A DNA stretch of 63,994 bases, filler included, from Hyphochytrium catenoides (Eukaryota > Protista > Hyphochytriomycota), in assembly GCA_900088475.1 (NCBI GenBank). It is 16 parts of 16 records of this genome, joined end to end, with 100 filler letters (N's around TTAATTAATTAA, not from the genome) between each part and the next. Parts side by side here need not be neighbours in the genome. Positions count along the whole stretch, not along the records: positions 2,542 to 21,618 come from FLMG01002574.1; positions 21,719 to 25,695 come from FLMG01004349.1; positions 25,796 to 27,870 come from FLMG01002765.1; positions 27,971 to 34,073 come from FLMG01001364.1; 12 more parts are not named here. One strand, 5' to 3'. The position numbers were made by a program, and so were the translations under genes. A model generated the notes under the pieces. The model had not been told where the DNA came from, did not search any database, and saw only the letters and a program-made list of their open reading frames with translations. This document shows positions 17,233 to 29,016 of the stretch, piece by piece. Positions within the stretch are counted from its first letter, which is position 1, and each line of letters starts with the position of its first letter.

Positions 17233-17987
17233 AGTTTGAAACAGGAAGAGGAGAAAGCAGGGAAGAAAGAGGAAAGAGAGACGGACTGACAAGCTAAGGT
17301 TTGCTAGAGGGAAAGCTGATGATGATGCAAGAAGAGAGAGACAGAGAGCGAGAGAAAGAGCAGGAGAAGCGAGAGAGAAAGAGAGGGGAAGAGAGAGATG
17401 GAGTGAGAGAGAGAGAGAGAGAGAGAGAATGAGAAGAGGAAGGCTTGGCAGTATGAGAGATGGCGGTTATTCTTGAGAGATGCATGGAGAGTGTCCCGAC
17501 GAGAAAGGCAAGAGACAACGAAGGGAAAGAGAGAGAGAGAGAGAAAAGCGGAAGCTACTTCTCTCTTGGAGCAACAACCAGTATAAATGGAGAGAGAAAG
17601 AAGAGAGAAAAAGAGAGAGAGAGAAAGAGAAGAAGAAGCCATCCATTACTTCCAGAATTTTGGTCTGATACCCTTTCTGATCGTCGTTGTGCGGGTTGAG
17701 AGAGAGAGAGAAGAAGAGAAAGAGAATCTTGAAGCGCCGCCCAAAGCTAGCCAAGAGACACGGTCCAAAGAAGAGGAAAGGCAACCTGAAATGAGAGAGA
17801 AAGGGCTAAAACCCAAGAGACGGGGTGTGAGACAGAGGGGAGAGAGAGAAAAGAGAGAGACAGAGAGAGAGAGACACACACAGAGACAGAGAGAGGGAGA
17901 GAGAGAAAAGAGAGAGACAGAGAGACAGAGAGTAAGAGAGACACACAGAGAGACAGAGAGTAAGAGAGACACACACAGAGACAGAGA

Positions 17988-18027
<40 letters not shown>

Positions 18028-18388
18028 AGAGACGACACAAGGTGTAAATAAAGAGAGAGAGAAATGACAGAGTGAAGTTAGAACAATATTGGACAGAGAA
18101 TGTTCTTACAAATTAATTGAAGATCTTCTGTATCTTTTATGTTATTCTTATTAAGAATTATTGGAACGTTAGAGCCAACCTCTTGCGGTCACTAGTCACT
18201 AGGAGTGTTTGTTTTTTTTGTCTTTATTGGTCAATTTTACAAAGATTATTAGCATTATTATTTACTTTACATCACGCAATCTGTCACATTGACGGCAAAC
18301 ATATCCACTTTCAATTCTCCAGTAAAAAGCAATAAAAACTGAATAAGAACAAAAAGGTTAGATAATCTATGCGAGAGGAGCATAAAAG

Positions 18389-19054
18389 TTATTCTTGCGC
18401 TATATAATTTTTACAGTAGTGGGCCACTCCAAACCCACCTTTACTTATCAAAAATAATTGAACTTTATATAGAAAATAAAGCGACTCAACAGTCTCCACA
18501 CAGAAAATGTCTGCGGAGTGCAGAGGAAGATCTTGAAGATTTATTATTGTGGAGATTTGAAGATTTATTATGAAGTTTGGAAGGTTTAGAATATGGAGAT
18601 TTGCCATAGGGAAGATTGAGCAGACAGTGTTAGGAAGTAACGTAGCAGAAGTCCACCGCTGATCTCTCCGGAACGCCGTCGCCGCTGCCGCGCACACTGG
18701 CGAAGAAGAAGAGTTCCAAGGATTATTACCTCCACCACTATACTCTTTATAAAGAACTATACTCTTTACCATACATCGTAAATGATTGCTGGCCCCCAGT
18801 GTTATCGATGTGGCGCTATCACGATCCTTGACGTGCTGCTTAAAGTTGTTTGAGAGTTTGTTATTGTTGTTGTACCCTATCCTTTCGGCGATTCGCTTAA
18901 CTAGTCGCGCTGGCTGAGGTGATTTATGACCTTCGCACACGTACCTGAAAATGTTTGCAGGCTGCTCTGGAAACCAAGTAAGGCCACCGTCAGAACCACA
19001 AAGAGTAATCCTTTTGTATGAACGCATCGCATTGAGACTCTCGCTCACATCCAC
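18389..19054 (-). CDS. Hypothetical ORF with possible BRO-N/HTH-like segment
   Basis: Non-microsatellite 221-aa ORF. LVKRIAERIGYNNNNKLSNNFKQHV loosely resembles BRO-N (VA..LGY.N...AI..HV). Confidence 0.3.
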   Translation of the reverse strand: MDVSESLNAMRSYKRITLCGSDGGLTWFPEQPANIFRYVCEGHKSPQPARLVKRIAERIGYNNNNKLSNNFKQHVKDRDSATSITLGASNHLRCMVKSIVLYKEYSGGGNNPWNSSSSPVCAAAATAFRRDQRWTSATLLPNTVCSIFPMANLHILNLPNFIINLQISTIINLQDLPLHSADIFCVETVESLYFLYKVQLFLISKGGFGVAHYCKNYIAQE

Positions 19055-19173
19055 AATGCTAAGCTCCTACTACTTCAGAGTGAGCCGGTGCTCTTCCTCA
19101 TTGGTAGGATGGCAATCAACAAGGAGGAATCAAGTGGAGCAGCCCTACCATCCGCTACAGAAGCTTCTTCTTT

Positions 19174-20979
19174 TTAGGCAGCCGCTGCCGTTTCTGGAGT
19201 AGAGTCGCGGTTAGCCTGTCCCCTAGCAGCAGCAAGGTCAGATACTCGAGGAGGAGGACGAGGAAAATTGAGTACGTTCTGGAGACGTTCCTGTTGAATA
19301 GCTTGCCTTACGGGTCCACATACCGCACACCGGGCATTACTGCAATTTTGATAATGAGACAGGCAGAAGCGGGAGCTTAGGCAGTGGTGCACTTTACAGT
19401 TTTTGTCCGTGCATGTAGTGATGTGCGACCAAAGCACCTGCGTGGCAGCACAACACCTAAAGGTGCATGTGCCATCCACTTTCGTACATTTTGATGCATG
19501 TCGAAGTAGTATCAATCGCTGCTGTTGCTGTCGAAGGATAGCATCGCGCTGCTGAGGAGAGCCAGTAGTAGCACTCGAGCCAGTAGTAGCGCTCGAGCCA
19601 GTAGTAGCACTCGAGCCAGTAGTAGCAATCGAGCCAGTAGCAGCACTCGAGCCAGTAGTAGCACTTGAGCCAGTAGTAGCACTCGAGCCAGTACTAGCAC
19701 TCGAGCCAGAGCTAGCGCTCAAGCCAGTAGTAGCACTTGAGCCAGTAGTAGCACTCGAGCCAGTACTAGCACTCGAGCCAGAGCTAGCGCTCAAGCCAGT
19801 AGTAGCACTCGAGCCAGTAGCAGTACTCGCGCCAGTAGCAGCACTCGAGCCAGCAGCAGCACTCGAGCCAGAGCTAGAGCCAGCAGTAGAAGCCTTGGCC
19901 TTAGAACCAGCAGCGATAGAAGGCTTGCCCTTAGAACCAACAGCGGTAGAGGCCTTGGCCTTAGAACCAGCAGCAGTTGAACCAGCAGCAGAAGCGGTAG
20001 TAACACTGGAGCCAGCAGTCGTTGTAGCACCGGATCCAGTCTGAGCAGCAGTTGAACCAGCAGCAGAAGCGGTAGTAAAACTGGAGCCAGCAGCAATAGA
20101 AGGCTTGGCTACAGAACCAGCAGCAGTTGAACCAGCAGCAGAAGTGTTAGTAACACTGGAGCCAGCAATCGTAGTAGCACCGGAGCCAGTCGGAGCAGCA
20201 GTAGCAGAAGCAGCAGCAGAAGCGGTAGTAGCAGAACCAGCAGCAGAAGCGGTAATAGCCGAACCACCAGCAGCAGAAGCGGTAGTAACACTGGAGCCAG
20301 CAGCAGAAGCGGTAGTAACACCGGAGCCAGTCGGAGCAGCAGTAGAGGCCTTGGCCTTAACAACACCAGCAGCAGTAGCAGGATCCTCGGAGCCATCAGG
20401 AGCCTTGGAGCCACTAACAGTAGGGGCTTCCTTAGAGTCAATAACAATAGGGGCTTCCTTGGAGCCAGCAGCAGGAGGAACAGTAGCACGAGCCTCGGAG
20501 CCAGCAGGAGCATCAGTAGCAGTGTTGGCAGCAGTGGCCTTGGAGCCAAAAACCAAAGCAGCCTCGGAGCCAAAAACCAAAGGAGCTTCGGAGCCAGTGA
20601 AAATAGGAGTAGTAGGAGGGTTGGAGCCAGTGAAAATAGGAGCATTGATAATGGGAGCCTTGGAACTACTACGAGCAGGAGCAGCAGCCTTGTTGGAACT
20701 AGGAGCAGGAGCAGGAGCCTTGGAGCTACTACTAGAAGCAGCAGCAGTGCTAGTAGCCGACGACGTAGGCTTCGCTGGATGAGTGAGCTTTTGACGTTTA
20801 GGCTGCGGTTGAGATTGGATATCAGGGACCTGCCGAAGAAGATGAACCGTCCTCATATGAGTGAGTAAAGCCGTGAAAGCCTCATTGTCACTTTGTCTAG
20901 TAAATGACAGCTCGCATTTAAGGCAAGTGAATCGCGTTTCGCGTTTAAAAGCATTCAGAAGGAGGGAAGGATCGTCCAT
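19174..20979 (-). CDS. Intronless protein: N-terminal C2H2 finger, Ala/Ser/Thr/Gly tandem repeats, C-terminal TAZ zinc finger
   Basis: CLKC..HMRTVH at the N-terminus. QQQRLILLRHASKC..C..C..LWSHITTC..C..HCLSSR..HY.NC..C.VCGPVR fits the TAZ HCCC x3 pattern. Confidence 0.8.
   Translation of the reverse strand: MDDPSLLLNAFKRETRFTCLKCELSFTRQSDNEAFTALLTHMRTVHLLRQVPDIQSQPQPKRQKLTHPAKPTSSATSTAAASSSSSKAPAPAPSSNKAAAPARSSSKAPIINAPIFTGSNPPTTPIFTGSEAPLVFGSEAALVFGSKATAANTATDAPAGSEARATVPPAAGSKEAPIVIDSKEAPTVSGSKAPDGSEDPATAAGVVKAKASTAAPTGSGVTTASAAGSSVTTASAAGGSAITASAAGSATTASAAASATAAPTGSGATTIAGSSVTNTSAAGSTAAGSVAKPSIAAGSSFTTASAAGSTAAQTGSGATTTAGSSVTTASAAGSTAAGSKAKASTAVGSKGKPSIAAGSKAKASTAGSSSGSSAAAGSSAATGASTATGSSATTGLSASSGSSASTGSSATTGSSATTGLSASSGSSASTGSSATTGSSATTGSSAATGSIATTGSSATTGSSATTGSSATTGSPQQRDAILRQQQQRLILLRHASKCTKVDGTCTFRCCAATQVLWSHITTCTDKNCKVHHCLSSRFCLSHYQNCSNARCAVCGPVRQAIQQERLQNVLNFPRPPPRVSDLAAARGQANRDSTPETAAAA
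19560..19880 (-). repeat. 18-bp coding tandem repeat (GSSATT) within the TAZ protein
   Basis: Unit gagccagtagtagcactc repeated with variants, including a duplicated higher-order block. Confidence 0.9.
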
Positions 20980-21758
20980 CCTGATAATATCGGTTATAAC
21001 ACAGTTTAATAAGCGCGTGACCTACTCGTAGAATCGCAGATGATGGCTCAACTATGCAAGCTGCCGAGTGTTCGGAAAACGGCGAAATGATGAAAAGCTC
21101 CGGCTGCTCCAAGAAACGAAGGAACGAAGCGGCGCTGGTGTGTTGTTTGTTGGGAAGAAGGATGTTGAAGTTTCCCATATCCTAATAGCCTGTCCAAACA
21201 AAAAAGCCCCACCACAAGCAATGCAAGACCGTGAGCGTCTTTCACTGAATCCTCCTCCTTATCCTCCTTCCTCCCCCCCGTTGCTTTATTTCTATCAGCC
21301 ACAGGCTGCTACACTCCGCTTTTTCCTGTTGAAGGCGACGACTGTGTGTCATAATTTATCAATCAGTAATTTTATAGGAGATTTGTGAAAGATTATCGAT
21401 AGATGATATTGAAGACAGTTCTGTATAATCAGAGTATGACACACAGTCGTCGCCTCGTCGGTGACATCCTAGGAACACACTTTCACCCAAATAAGTCTCT
21501 ACTTGTACCAGGATGATGGTGTTTCTAGGAGGCCGTCCGCATAACAACGGTGGGCGCTTTTCCAATCGACCGATATCCCTAAGCCGATTTTGACTCATTA
21601 TAATGAGGTAATTTATCGNNNNNNNNNNNNNNNNNNNNNNNNNNNNNNNNNNNNNNNNNNNNTTAATTAATTAANNNNNNNNNNNNNNNNNNNNNNNNNN
21701 NNNNNNNNNNNNNNNNNNAGAGAGAGAGAGAGAAAGAAAGAGAGGACACATAGGCAAC

Positions 21759-22070
21759 CTTCAGTGTCCGCGCTAGTAGTTCTGCTAGCTCCTGCGCGGT
21801 TTTGAGGTCTCTTCCAAAAGGTTTCTCGAAGACGACGCTCAACCGAGCACCAGGAGGGGGCCGCGCGACGTTGTCAATGTGCTCTGCAATCTAGGAGGCA
21901 GCGAGAGAGAGAGAGAGAGAGAAAGAGGGAAAGAGAGAGAGGGAGAGAGAGAGAGAGAGAAAGAGAAAGAGAGAAAGAGAGAGAGAGAGAGAAAAAGAGA
22001 GAGAGAGCAGAGAGAGAGAAAAAGAGAGAAAGAAAGAGACAGAGACAGAGAGACAGAGAGAAATAGAGAA

Positions 22071-22109
<39 letters not shown>

Positions 22110-22436
22110 CAGAGAGACAAGAGAGAGAGTGAGAGACAAGAGAGACAAGAGAGAGAAACCAAGTCATAGAGAGAGCCACAGAGAGAAAGAGGAGAAGAGA
22201 GGTGGGTACAGAGAGAGAGAGAGAGAGAGAGAATCAGAATCGCAGGGAAGAGAGACACGGAAGAGGGAAAGAGGGGAGAACGGTGAGAGAGTCAGAAAGA
22301 GGTAGAGAGAGAGAGTAAGAAAAGGAGGAACAGGCAAGAGTGAGAGAGGATGCGGAACGGAGAAAGAGAAGAGAGAGGATAAGAAGGCGAATAGCTGACG
22401 CCATGCTCCTAGCAAATGTATTCCCATAGACGACAG

Positions 22437-22472
<36 letters not shown>

Positions 22473-23024
22473 GGACATAAGAAGAAAGATGGGAGAGACA
22501 GGACAGAGTGCTGCTGCTCAGAGCACCATTGGCAAGAGAGAATGAACCCTCAGTTCCCTGTCCGTGGTAAGTAATAAGAGACGGAGGGATGCGAGAGAGA
22601 GAGCGGAAGACAGAAAGAAGAAGACAGGAAGAGAGAGAGTGAGAAAGAAAGAAGAACGGAGAGGACACAAAGAGAGAGAGAGACAAAGAAGATAGCACTT
22701 TGAACGGCGCCCTTACCTCGGGGTACGATCGAGGTGGCACCGCAAGATAGAATAGTCGATGCCGAACTCTCTCTTCTTCCTGCCATAGAGAGAGAGATAT
22801 AGAAAGAGAGAGAGAGAGAGAGAAGTAGAGAGAGAAGGAAGGAGGTAGAGAGAGAGAGACATCTTTAGACACTTCTGAAGGTCTTTCTGTCAAGGAAGAG
22901 CATTAATCTGTTTTCTTACCTCGAGAGCTTGATCCAGCCGCAGGAAGTCGTCTCTGCTCTGTAAGGCAACATATCTGCTCCCAAGAAAAGAGGAGAGAAA
23001 GCGTTAGAAGCGTTGAATCTTGTC

Positions 23025-23067
<43 letters not shown>

Positions 23068-23492
23068 TTTCTTTTTTCTTTCTCTGTCTCTGTCCCTCAG
23101 ACTCAGTCTCTCTCTTCCTGGCTCTCTCTTTCTTTCACAGTTGTTCTTTCCCCCTATTAATCTCCAGAGTTGTCTTGTTTCCTTTTCTTTCTATCCCTTA
23201 CCTTTCTCTCTCTCTCTTTCTCTTCCTCTCTCTCTCTCTCTGTTGTGCTTGTCTCCTCTCTCTTTTCTCTTTCCAATCGACTTTTCCCTCCTGTTCCCCT
23301 TACCGGACTCTCTCTCTAAAGCGCTCTAACAGTGTCTGACAGTTTCCTTCAGCGGAATGAGAGGAAGAGGAGAGAAACTGCGAAGAGAGAGAAGACGCGC
23401 AAGAGACATTCTCTCTTAAAAGTCTCTCCAAAAGAGGCGCTCCGACCTCGCTACTCCGGTGCCCAGCGCCAAAGAACTGACAGGATTGGAGG

Positions 23493-23534
<42 letters not shown>

Positions 23535-23778
23535 AAAGGGGATGGGGAAGGGGATGAGATAGGGAGAGAGACAGAGAGACAGAAAGAAGAGAAAGAATTG
23601 CTCGAGCGGAGAGAGGGGGAAAGGAAAAACAAAAGAAAGAAAGAGAGAGAGGAGGAGAAGGAGAAAGCACAAGGTGGGAAAGGAGAGCGAGAAAGAGAGT
23701 CGGGCAGAGGAATAGCCTCATCTTCTGCTGTCTCTTCCATCTTCTATTCAACTTCCCCCAGTATAGAAGGACTCTGCG

Positions 23779-23839
<61 letters not shown>

Positions 23840-24147
23840 CTCTCCCTTTCTCTCTCTCCCCGTTCCCCCCCTCCCCCTTTCTTCTCTCTCTCTCCCTCTG
23901 CTATCGCTCTCTCTCTCTCTCCGCTGTACGCTCTCTCTCTTTCTTGTCTTACCCTAGACTCATCCAGGTCAAGGGTCCCTCTGCCCTCTCGCAGCAGGTC
24001 AAAGAGGCTCTGCCAGAGATATTTCCCAGCAAGATTCCCCGTCCCTCCAACCAGCACCACGTCCCAGGCCGGGGAGGAAGAGGAAAGAGGGAGAGAAGAG
24101 AGAGAGAGAGAAAGAGAGAGAGAGACGAGAAAGAGAAAGCGACGCAT
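21759..24147 (-). CDS. H6PD: Hexose-6-phosphate dehydrogenase (H6PD/GDH-type) with signal peptide, 3' partial; exons 24147-23953, 23476-23304, 22974-22920, 22779-22717, 21890-21759
   Basis: VVLVGGTGNLAGKYLWQSLF, RLFYLAVPP and IDNVARPPPGARLSVVFEKPFGRD resemble H6PD (KYLWQ, RP.PGA.L) more than cytosolic G6PD. Splice phases are consistent. Confidence 0.85.
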
Positions 24148-24314
24148 TTCTTCTCAGAACCCGCTAAGAAATGACAGACTGCGGATGGAGAGACGAAGGG
24201 AAAGAGGCGGATGAGTTTTAGCAGAGGGAGAGGCAGAGAGAGGGCGGAGACAGCACGGCAGAGAGAGGAACGAGAGAGGAAAAAGGGAGAGAGATAGAGA
24301 CAGAGAGAGAGAGA

Positions 24315-24353
<39 letters not shown>

Positions 24354-24685
24354 AACCGAAGAATCAGGAGGGTCTATGCCGCGACGAGATAAAGAGGCGA
24401 AGAGGAGGCACCGAGAAGCCGTATGTAGGGAGAGAGAAGCATGAGGAGAGGAAAGAGAGAGGAGACGAGAGGAAAAGAGAGAGAGGACGAGAGAAACGGA
24501 ATCAGATGGTAGAGGATTGAAGACAGAGACAAGAAAGAGCGGGTCATGGGAAAGAGCAGTTGCCGTCAAAGCGCAATCTCTATCCGAAAGAGAGACACAC
24601 AGAGGGAGAGAGAAAGAGAGAGGGAGGAAAGAGAGAGAGAGAGGAGGAAAGAGTGAGAGGGAGGAAACGGAGAGAGAGAGAAAAA

Positions 24686-24719
<34 letters not shown>

Positions 24720-24888
24720 GGAGAGCAAAAGAAACAAAAAAAACGAGATCCTAGCAGTTAGCGGCTCTCGGTAAGAATTCATACAAAGAAGCCTGTCTCT
24801 TCGTCTCTCCTCCCTGCTGTTTGACTGTTCTCTGATGATTGAGTTCTTTCCTTTCTTCTTCCTGTCTTCTGCCCAATGCTGTCTCCTC

Positions 24889-24955
<67 letters not shown>

Positions 24956-25289
24956 GATCTCTTTCTAGATCTCTTCTCTCTCTCTCTCACTCTCTCTTCT
25001 CTCTCTCTGTTCTTCTCTGCGTCCCTTGTCCGCTCCTCCTCCTGTACCCTGCAGCCAGCTATTCTGCTCCTTGCTGCTCTCTCTTTCAGGAGTTGAGAAC
25101 ATTTCGCAAATCTCTCTCGCCTTCCCACGTCGCTCCGTCCTTACTCTCCACACGTTCTCGGACAGGAGACAGACGAAGAAAGACTGCCGTCTTCGTTTGG
25201 ATCCTCTCTTTCTTTTCTTTTTCTCTCTTCTTTCTCTCTCTCTTTCATTCTTTCACCAGCTCTATCTTCTCTAATAAGAAATAAAAGTG

Positions 25290-25478
25290 ATGGCGCCATC
25301 TTCTTCTTCCTCTTCTCTCTCTTCGGCCCGCCAATTGCTGGCTCGAGGCGTTGGTCGTCTCTCTGACTTGGTCATCTCTCGCGGCACTGGCGCGTACGTC
25401 TGGGACAGCTCTGGGAATAAATTCCTAGACTTTACCTCGGGCATCGGTGTGACTAACGCCGGGCACTGCCATCCAAAG
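25290..25478 (+). CDS. Class-III PLP aminotransferase (4-aminobutyrate aminotransferase-like), first exon
   Basis: [33 protein letters not shown] followed by a GT donor. Confidence 0.85.
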
Positions 25479-26169
25479 GTAGAAAGAAGTGCCTTCTTCT
25501 TCATCAAAGAGAAAGATAGAAAGAGGAGATGGAAATCTTCTTCGCTTCTCTCTCTCTCTCTCTCACTCTCTCTCCCTCGGTTTTCTCCCTTCTTCGTCCA
25601 CTTCTCTCCTCTTCTTCCCCTTTATTTCTCGTGCTCTGCGCTGGTTTGCCCACCGTCATCTATGAGGTTAGCTTGAGAGTTTTCCTCTCTCTCTCNNNNN
25701 NNNNNNNNNNNNNNNNNNNNNNNNNNNNNNNNNNNNNNNTTAATTAATTAANNNNNNNNNNNNNNNNNNNNNNNNNNNNNNNNNNNNNNNNNNNNGTTAT
25801 GATCATGGCGATTGTTTCTCTTATAAATCAGGAAAGGAACCTGAACTTAAGTGTCTCTAATGAAGTACATAGCTATCTTCTGTCCCGAGAAGTAAGTTGG
25901 AGAAAACAGACGTTCGCATTTGGCACCGCATCTTAGCCAACGATGGCACTGCATTCACTACCTCCGTTCAGTCCCCGCCGCGCCTCTGTCCTAAAAGCAT
26001 CACGGGGAAAAGATGATGACGACGCTGCATGCGTACCACCACGATTAGAAAAAGTACTAATTGCTCACTCCGTATGACGACAGGATCACTCGTCTGTCCG
26101 GAAGGTGCTTGCTCACCGAGGTTCCGTTGACGAGATGAGCATAACAGGAGAATCCCGATAGTGGTAAGA

Positions 26170-27300
26170 TGATAAACGGATCGGCAGGGCGGCCTGGGAT
26201 TTTACCCCGATGTAGATGGACTAATACCGGCAAAGCAGAAAGAGTAATAATAGCATGGCAGGCAGCTGAAAGCTTCCCTAGAAGGTGGAGGGGAAGAGAA
26301 GCTTATCCGGTTTTAGGCATGATGGGCAGAGCAGAGCATGCTGAGAGCTGTTCCCGATAGTGACATAGTGAAGTGTCTCTATGAGGGGGCTGGTGTGGCC
26401 TCTAGGAAGACCGGCAGCCAACCAGGAAACCTCCGCATCTTGCAATGATAAGCTCCCTCTCTTTAGCAGAACTCTTTCTAATCCTTAGCGTGCACCACGT
26501 ACCGCTTGCCAATCCTCAACCCTCTCTTCTCCATTCTCATGAGGCTGATGACGGCATCAACTATTCGAAAAGAGGCTCCATTCAAAGGTGAAGGCTTGCA
26601 GTCACTTGCCTCCTACCACCAGATCTCGCTAGCTAGCGAAGCCAGCGACGACTGAGTTTTTGCAGCTATCTCTGGGCCTACAGTGCTCTTCCGGTTCTTC
26701 CACAGTGCTTCATTCCGATTCTTTGACTGCTGAGAAAGAAGCACCTCTCCCTGTGTAAGTCTCTGTCTCTCTCGTTCTGTACGGTAAGTTCTGATGTGTT
26801 CTGATCTCAGTCTGATTACTTTTTTATAAATCAAAAGTATAAGTAATCGGTTCATATCGGGGACGAGCTTCCTTTTCCCCCGTTTCCTCATCAGGGAAGA
26901 GGAGGTGGCCCCTCCCCCAAAGATGTTTCTCTCGACGCCTCCTGCTCCTCCTCCTCCTCCCACCATCACAGCTACCATTACTTGTCACATCAACTCTTAG
27001 ATAACCCTTTAGGTACTGTTCGAGAGTCAGTGCAGTCCATCATGATGATGATGATGCCCTAGAATAAACCCTGTCCGACCACCACCTGTGGAGGAGACAG
27101 CTTGGCCAGAAGACCTCCATTCCATAGCAGGCCAGAGAGACGGGAACCAAGGCTTGGTGAAAGGGAGGCCGGCCTGATAATAATGCAGCACTGCTTGGTT
27201 GTTGGGGTAGAAGCGAAGAACAACACGAGGGCAGCAGGCTTCGTTGAAAAAAAAAATAGAAGAGCAGCAGGTGAATACTGAACGACTCAAGCAAAGAAAG
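26170..27300 (-). mobile_element. Heavily decayed LINE-like remnant
   Basis: FHQALVPVSLACYGMEVFWP resembles the post-RT L.P...YG.EVW motif. Many stops and frameshifts. Confidence 0.3.
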
Positions 27301-27408
27301 AGAGCATAAAGACCAGAGAGAGAGAAGCCGTAGTAGGAAGAGGAGGGCGGTACTCGATAGCGCTGAGCTTGGAGATGAGTGATAGTTTCATCATCAACGC
27401 TCGCTCGT

Positions 27409-27480
27409 AGGCCTGCAACTCAATCATCACGCCGCGCCCTCGAGGCCTGCAACTCAATCATCACGCCGCGCCCTCGAGGC
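27409..27480. repeat. Perfect 34-bp tandem duplication
   Basis: aggcctgcaactcaatcatcacgccgcgccctcg occurs twice in tandem. Confidence 0.9.
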
Positions 27481-28042
27481 TTCCACTTCATTATTATAAG
27501 TCTGGGGAGACGGAGCTTCCTTTTCTCGAATTGTGGGATAGTGTGAGAGCTACATCTGATTCAATCGCCTTACAGACAATAAGAAGAATACATTCTTCAG
27601 GCTTTCAGTAACCTAAAGGCGGCTGACTCCCACCACATTCACTGGTGCTTATTGGCAGTTCTTCTCAGAACACCCTGCTCTTCTGAGCCAATGATTACAT
27701 TATTACTACGAGAATTGAGAGGCAGAGCAGCAGCAATGGCGCTTATTCTTCTTGCTACGTCTGCCTTGTCCATAGTACCGATGCTGGAAGCGTCGTCACC
27801 GCCATCATCGTCTCCGTCGCGCTACTCAATGGGCTTCCATGATGAACTCTGGCTTATGAACAACGCTCAGNNNNNNNNNNNNNNNNNNNNNNNNNNNNNN
27901 NNNNNNNNNNNNNNTTAATTAATTAANNNNNNNNNNNNNNNNNNNNNNNNNNNNNNNNNNNNNNNNNNNNTCGTTCCTTGTGGCCTTATTGTCCTCCAAC
28001 AAACGTCTGACTGTCCACCACCCTCTACGTTCTCTCTCGTAG

Positions 28043-28910
28043 CTACACGGCTTGGGAGTAGAGTACAAATGTGAGATCTGCGGTAATCACTCGTACTGGG
28101 GACGAAGGGCGTTCGACCGGCACTTCCAAGAGTGGAGACATGCGCATGGCATGCGATGCCTTAAGATCCCGAACACCAAGCACTTCCACGACATTACAAA
28201 TATAGAAGATGCCTATGCATGTAAGTATTCCAATCTGCCGAGAAAGTTTCTGAGAGCGGTTTCTGCTAGTGACAGAAGAGACACTCCTTACAGTGGGAGA
28301 GACAAGGCGGACTTTGCCACAAAGTCCTCGTGCTTAGGCCCTTCTCGGGGGAAAGAAGAGAGATAGAGCACGGGGTTTAGACTTGGCGAACTGACCCTTG
28401 AGGCAGGAGAACCTTAAGCGGTTGATAACGCGCGAGGCAGAGGAGCATGCTTTAGATTAGATGCCTAAGTCGTCTAGAGAAAAGAGGATGCAGCTGTCCG
28501 TAAAGGGCATTGGGCGTTGAGATAGTGACCTTAGCAGCACTTGGTGAACAGCAGGGCTAGATGTGTGCCTTCGGTTGATTTGAGTCTGACGCTTTGTTCT
28601 TCTCTATTTCGACAGTGTACGCCAAGATCAAGGATCAGCTTGAAGAGGAGACCTTCAAGCCCGAAATGGAGGAAGAGTTTGAAGATAGCGAAGGGAATGT
28701 GCTCAACAAGAGGGTAAGCGCCGCCTCCAAGCCTTCTTGCCTTTCTGTCTGTCTGGCACTTTCTCTCTCGCTCCGTCTCCTCCTCCGCTCTTGTTTACAT
28801 GCCTCTGCAGTACTTTACTCTGCCATAAGCAATCAAAAATTCAAGTGGTTCCGATGTCTTGTCCTTAGCCTCTTCGCCCTACAAAATGGCCATGTACTCA
28901 CCCCTCGCCG

Positions 28911-28942
<32 letters not shown>

Positions 28943-29016
28943 GTCTCGCTCCATCTTTCTTTGTGTCCTCTCTCTTCCAGACGTATGAGGATCTAGCGCG
29001 CCAAGGCTTATTATAA
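28043..29016 (+). CDS. SF3A3: Splicing factor 3A subunit 3 (Prp9), last three exons 28043-28220, 28616-28713 and 28981-29016
   Basis: [40 protein letters not shown]; [25 protein letters not shown]. Confidence 0.95.

Noticed and set aside
15700-17800. Possible additional multi-exon gene between the peroxidase and the island
   Set aside because: Non-repeat patches exist, but I could not build a consistent spliced frame or recognise a domain.
19560-20400. Ice-nucleation-protein-like AGS/TA repeats
   Set aside because: Lacks the AGYGST octapeptide periodicity and is flanked by nuclear zinc fingers; treated as a low-complexity linker.
20105-20782. Plus-strand 225-aa ORF (AEPAAEAVV repeats)
   Set aside because: Antisense shadow of the TAZ protein repeat region.
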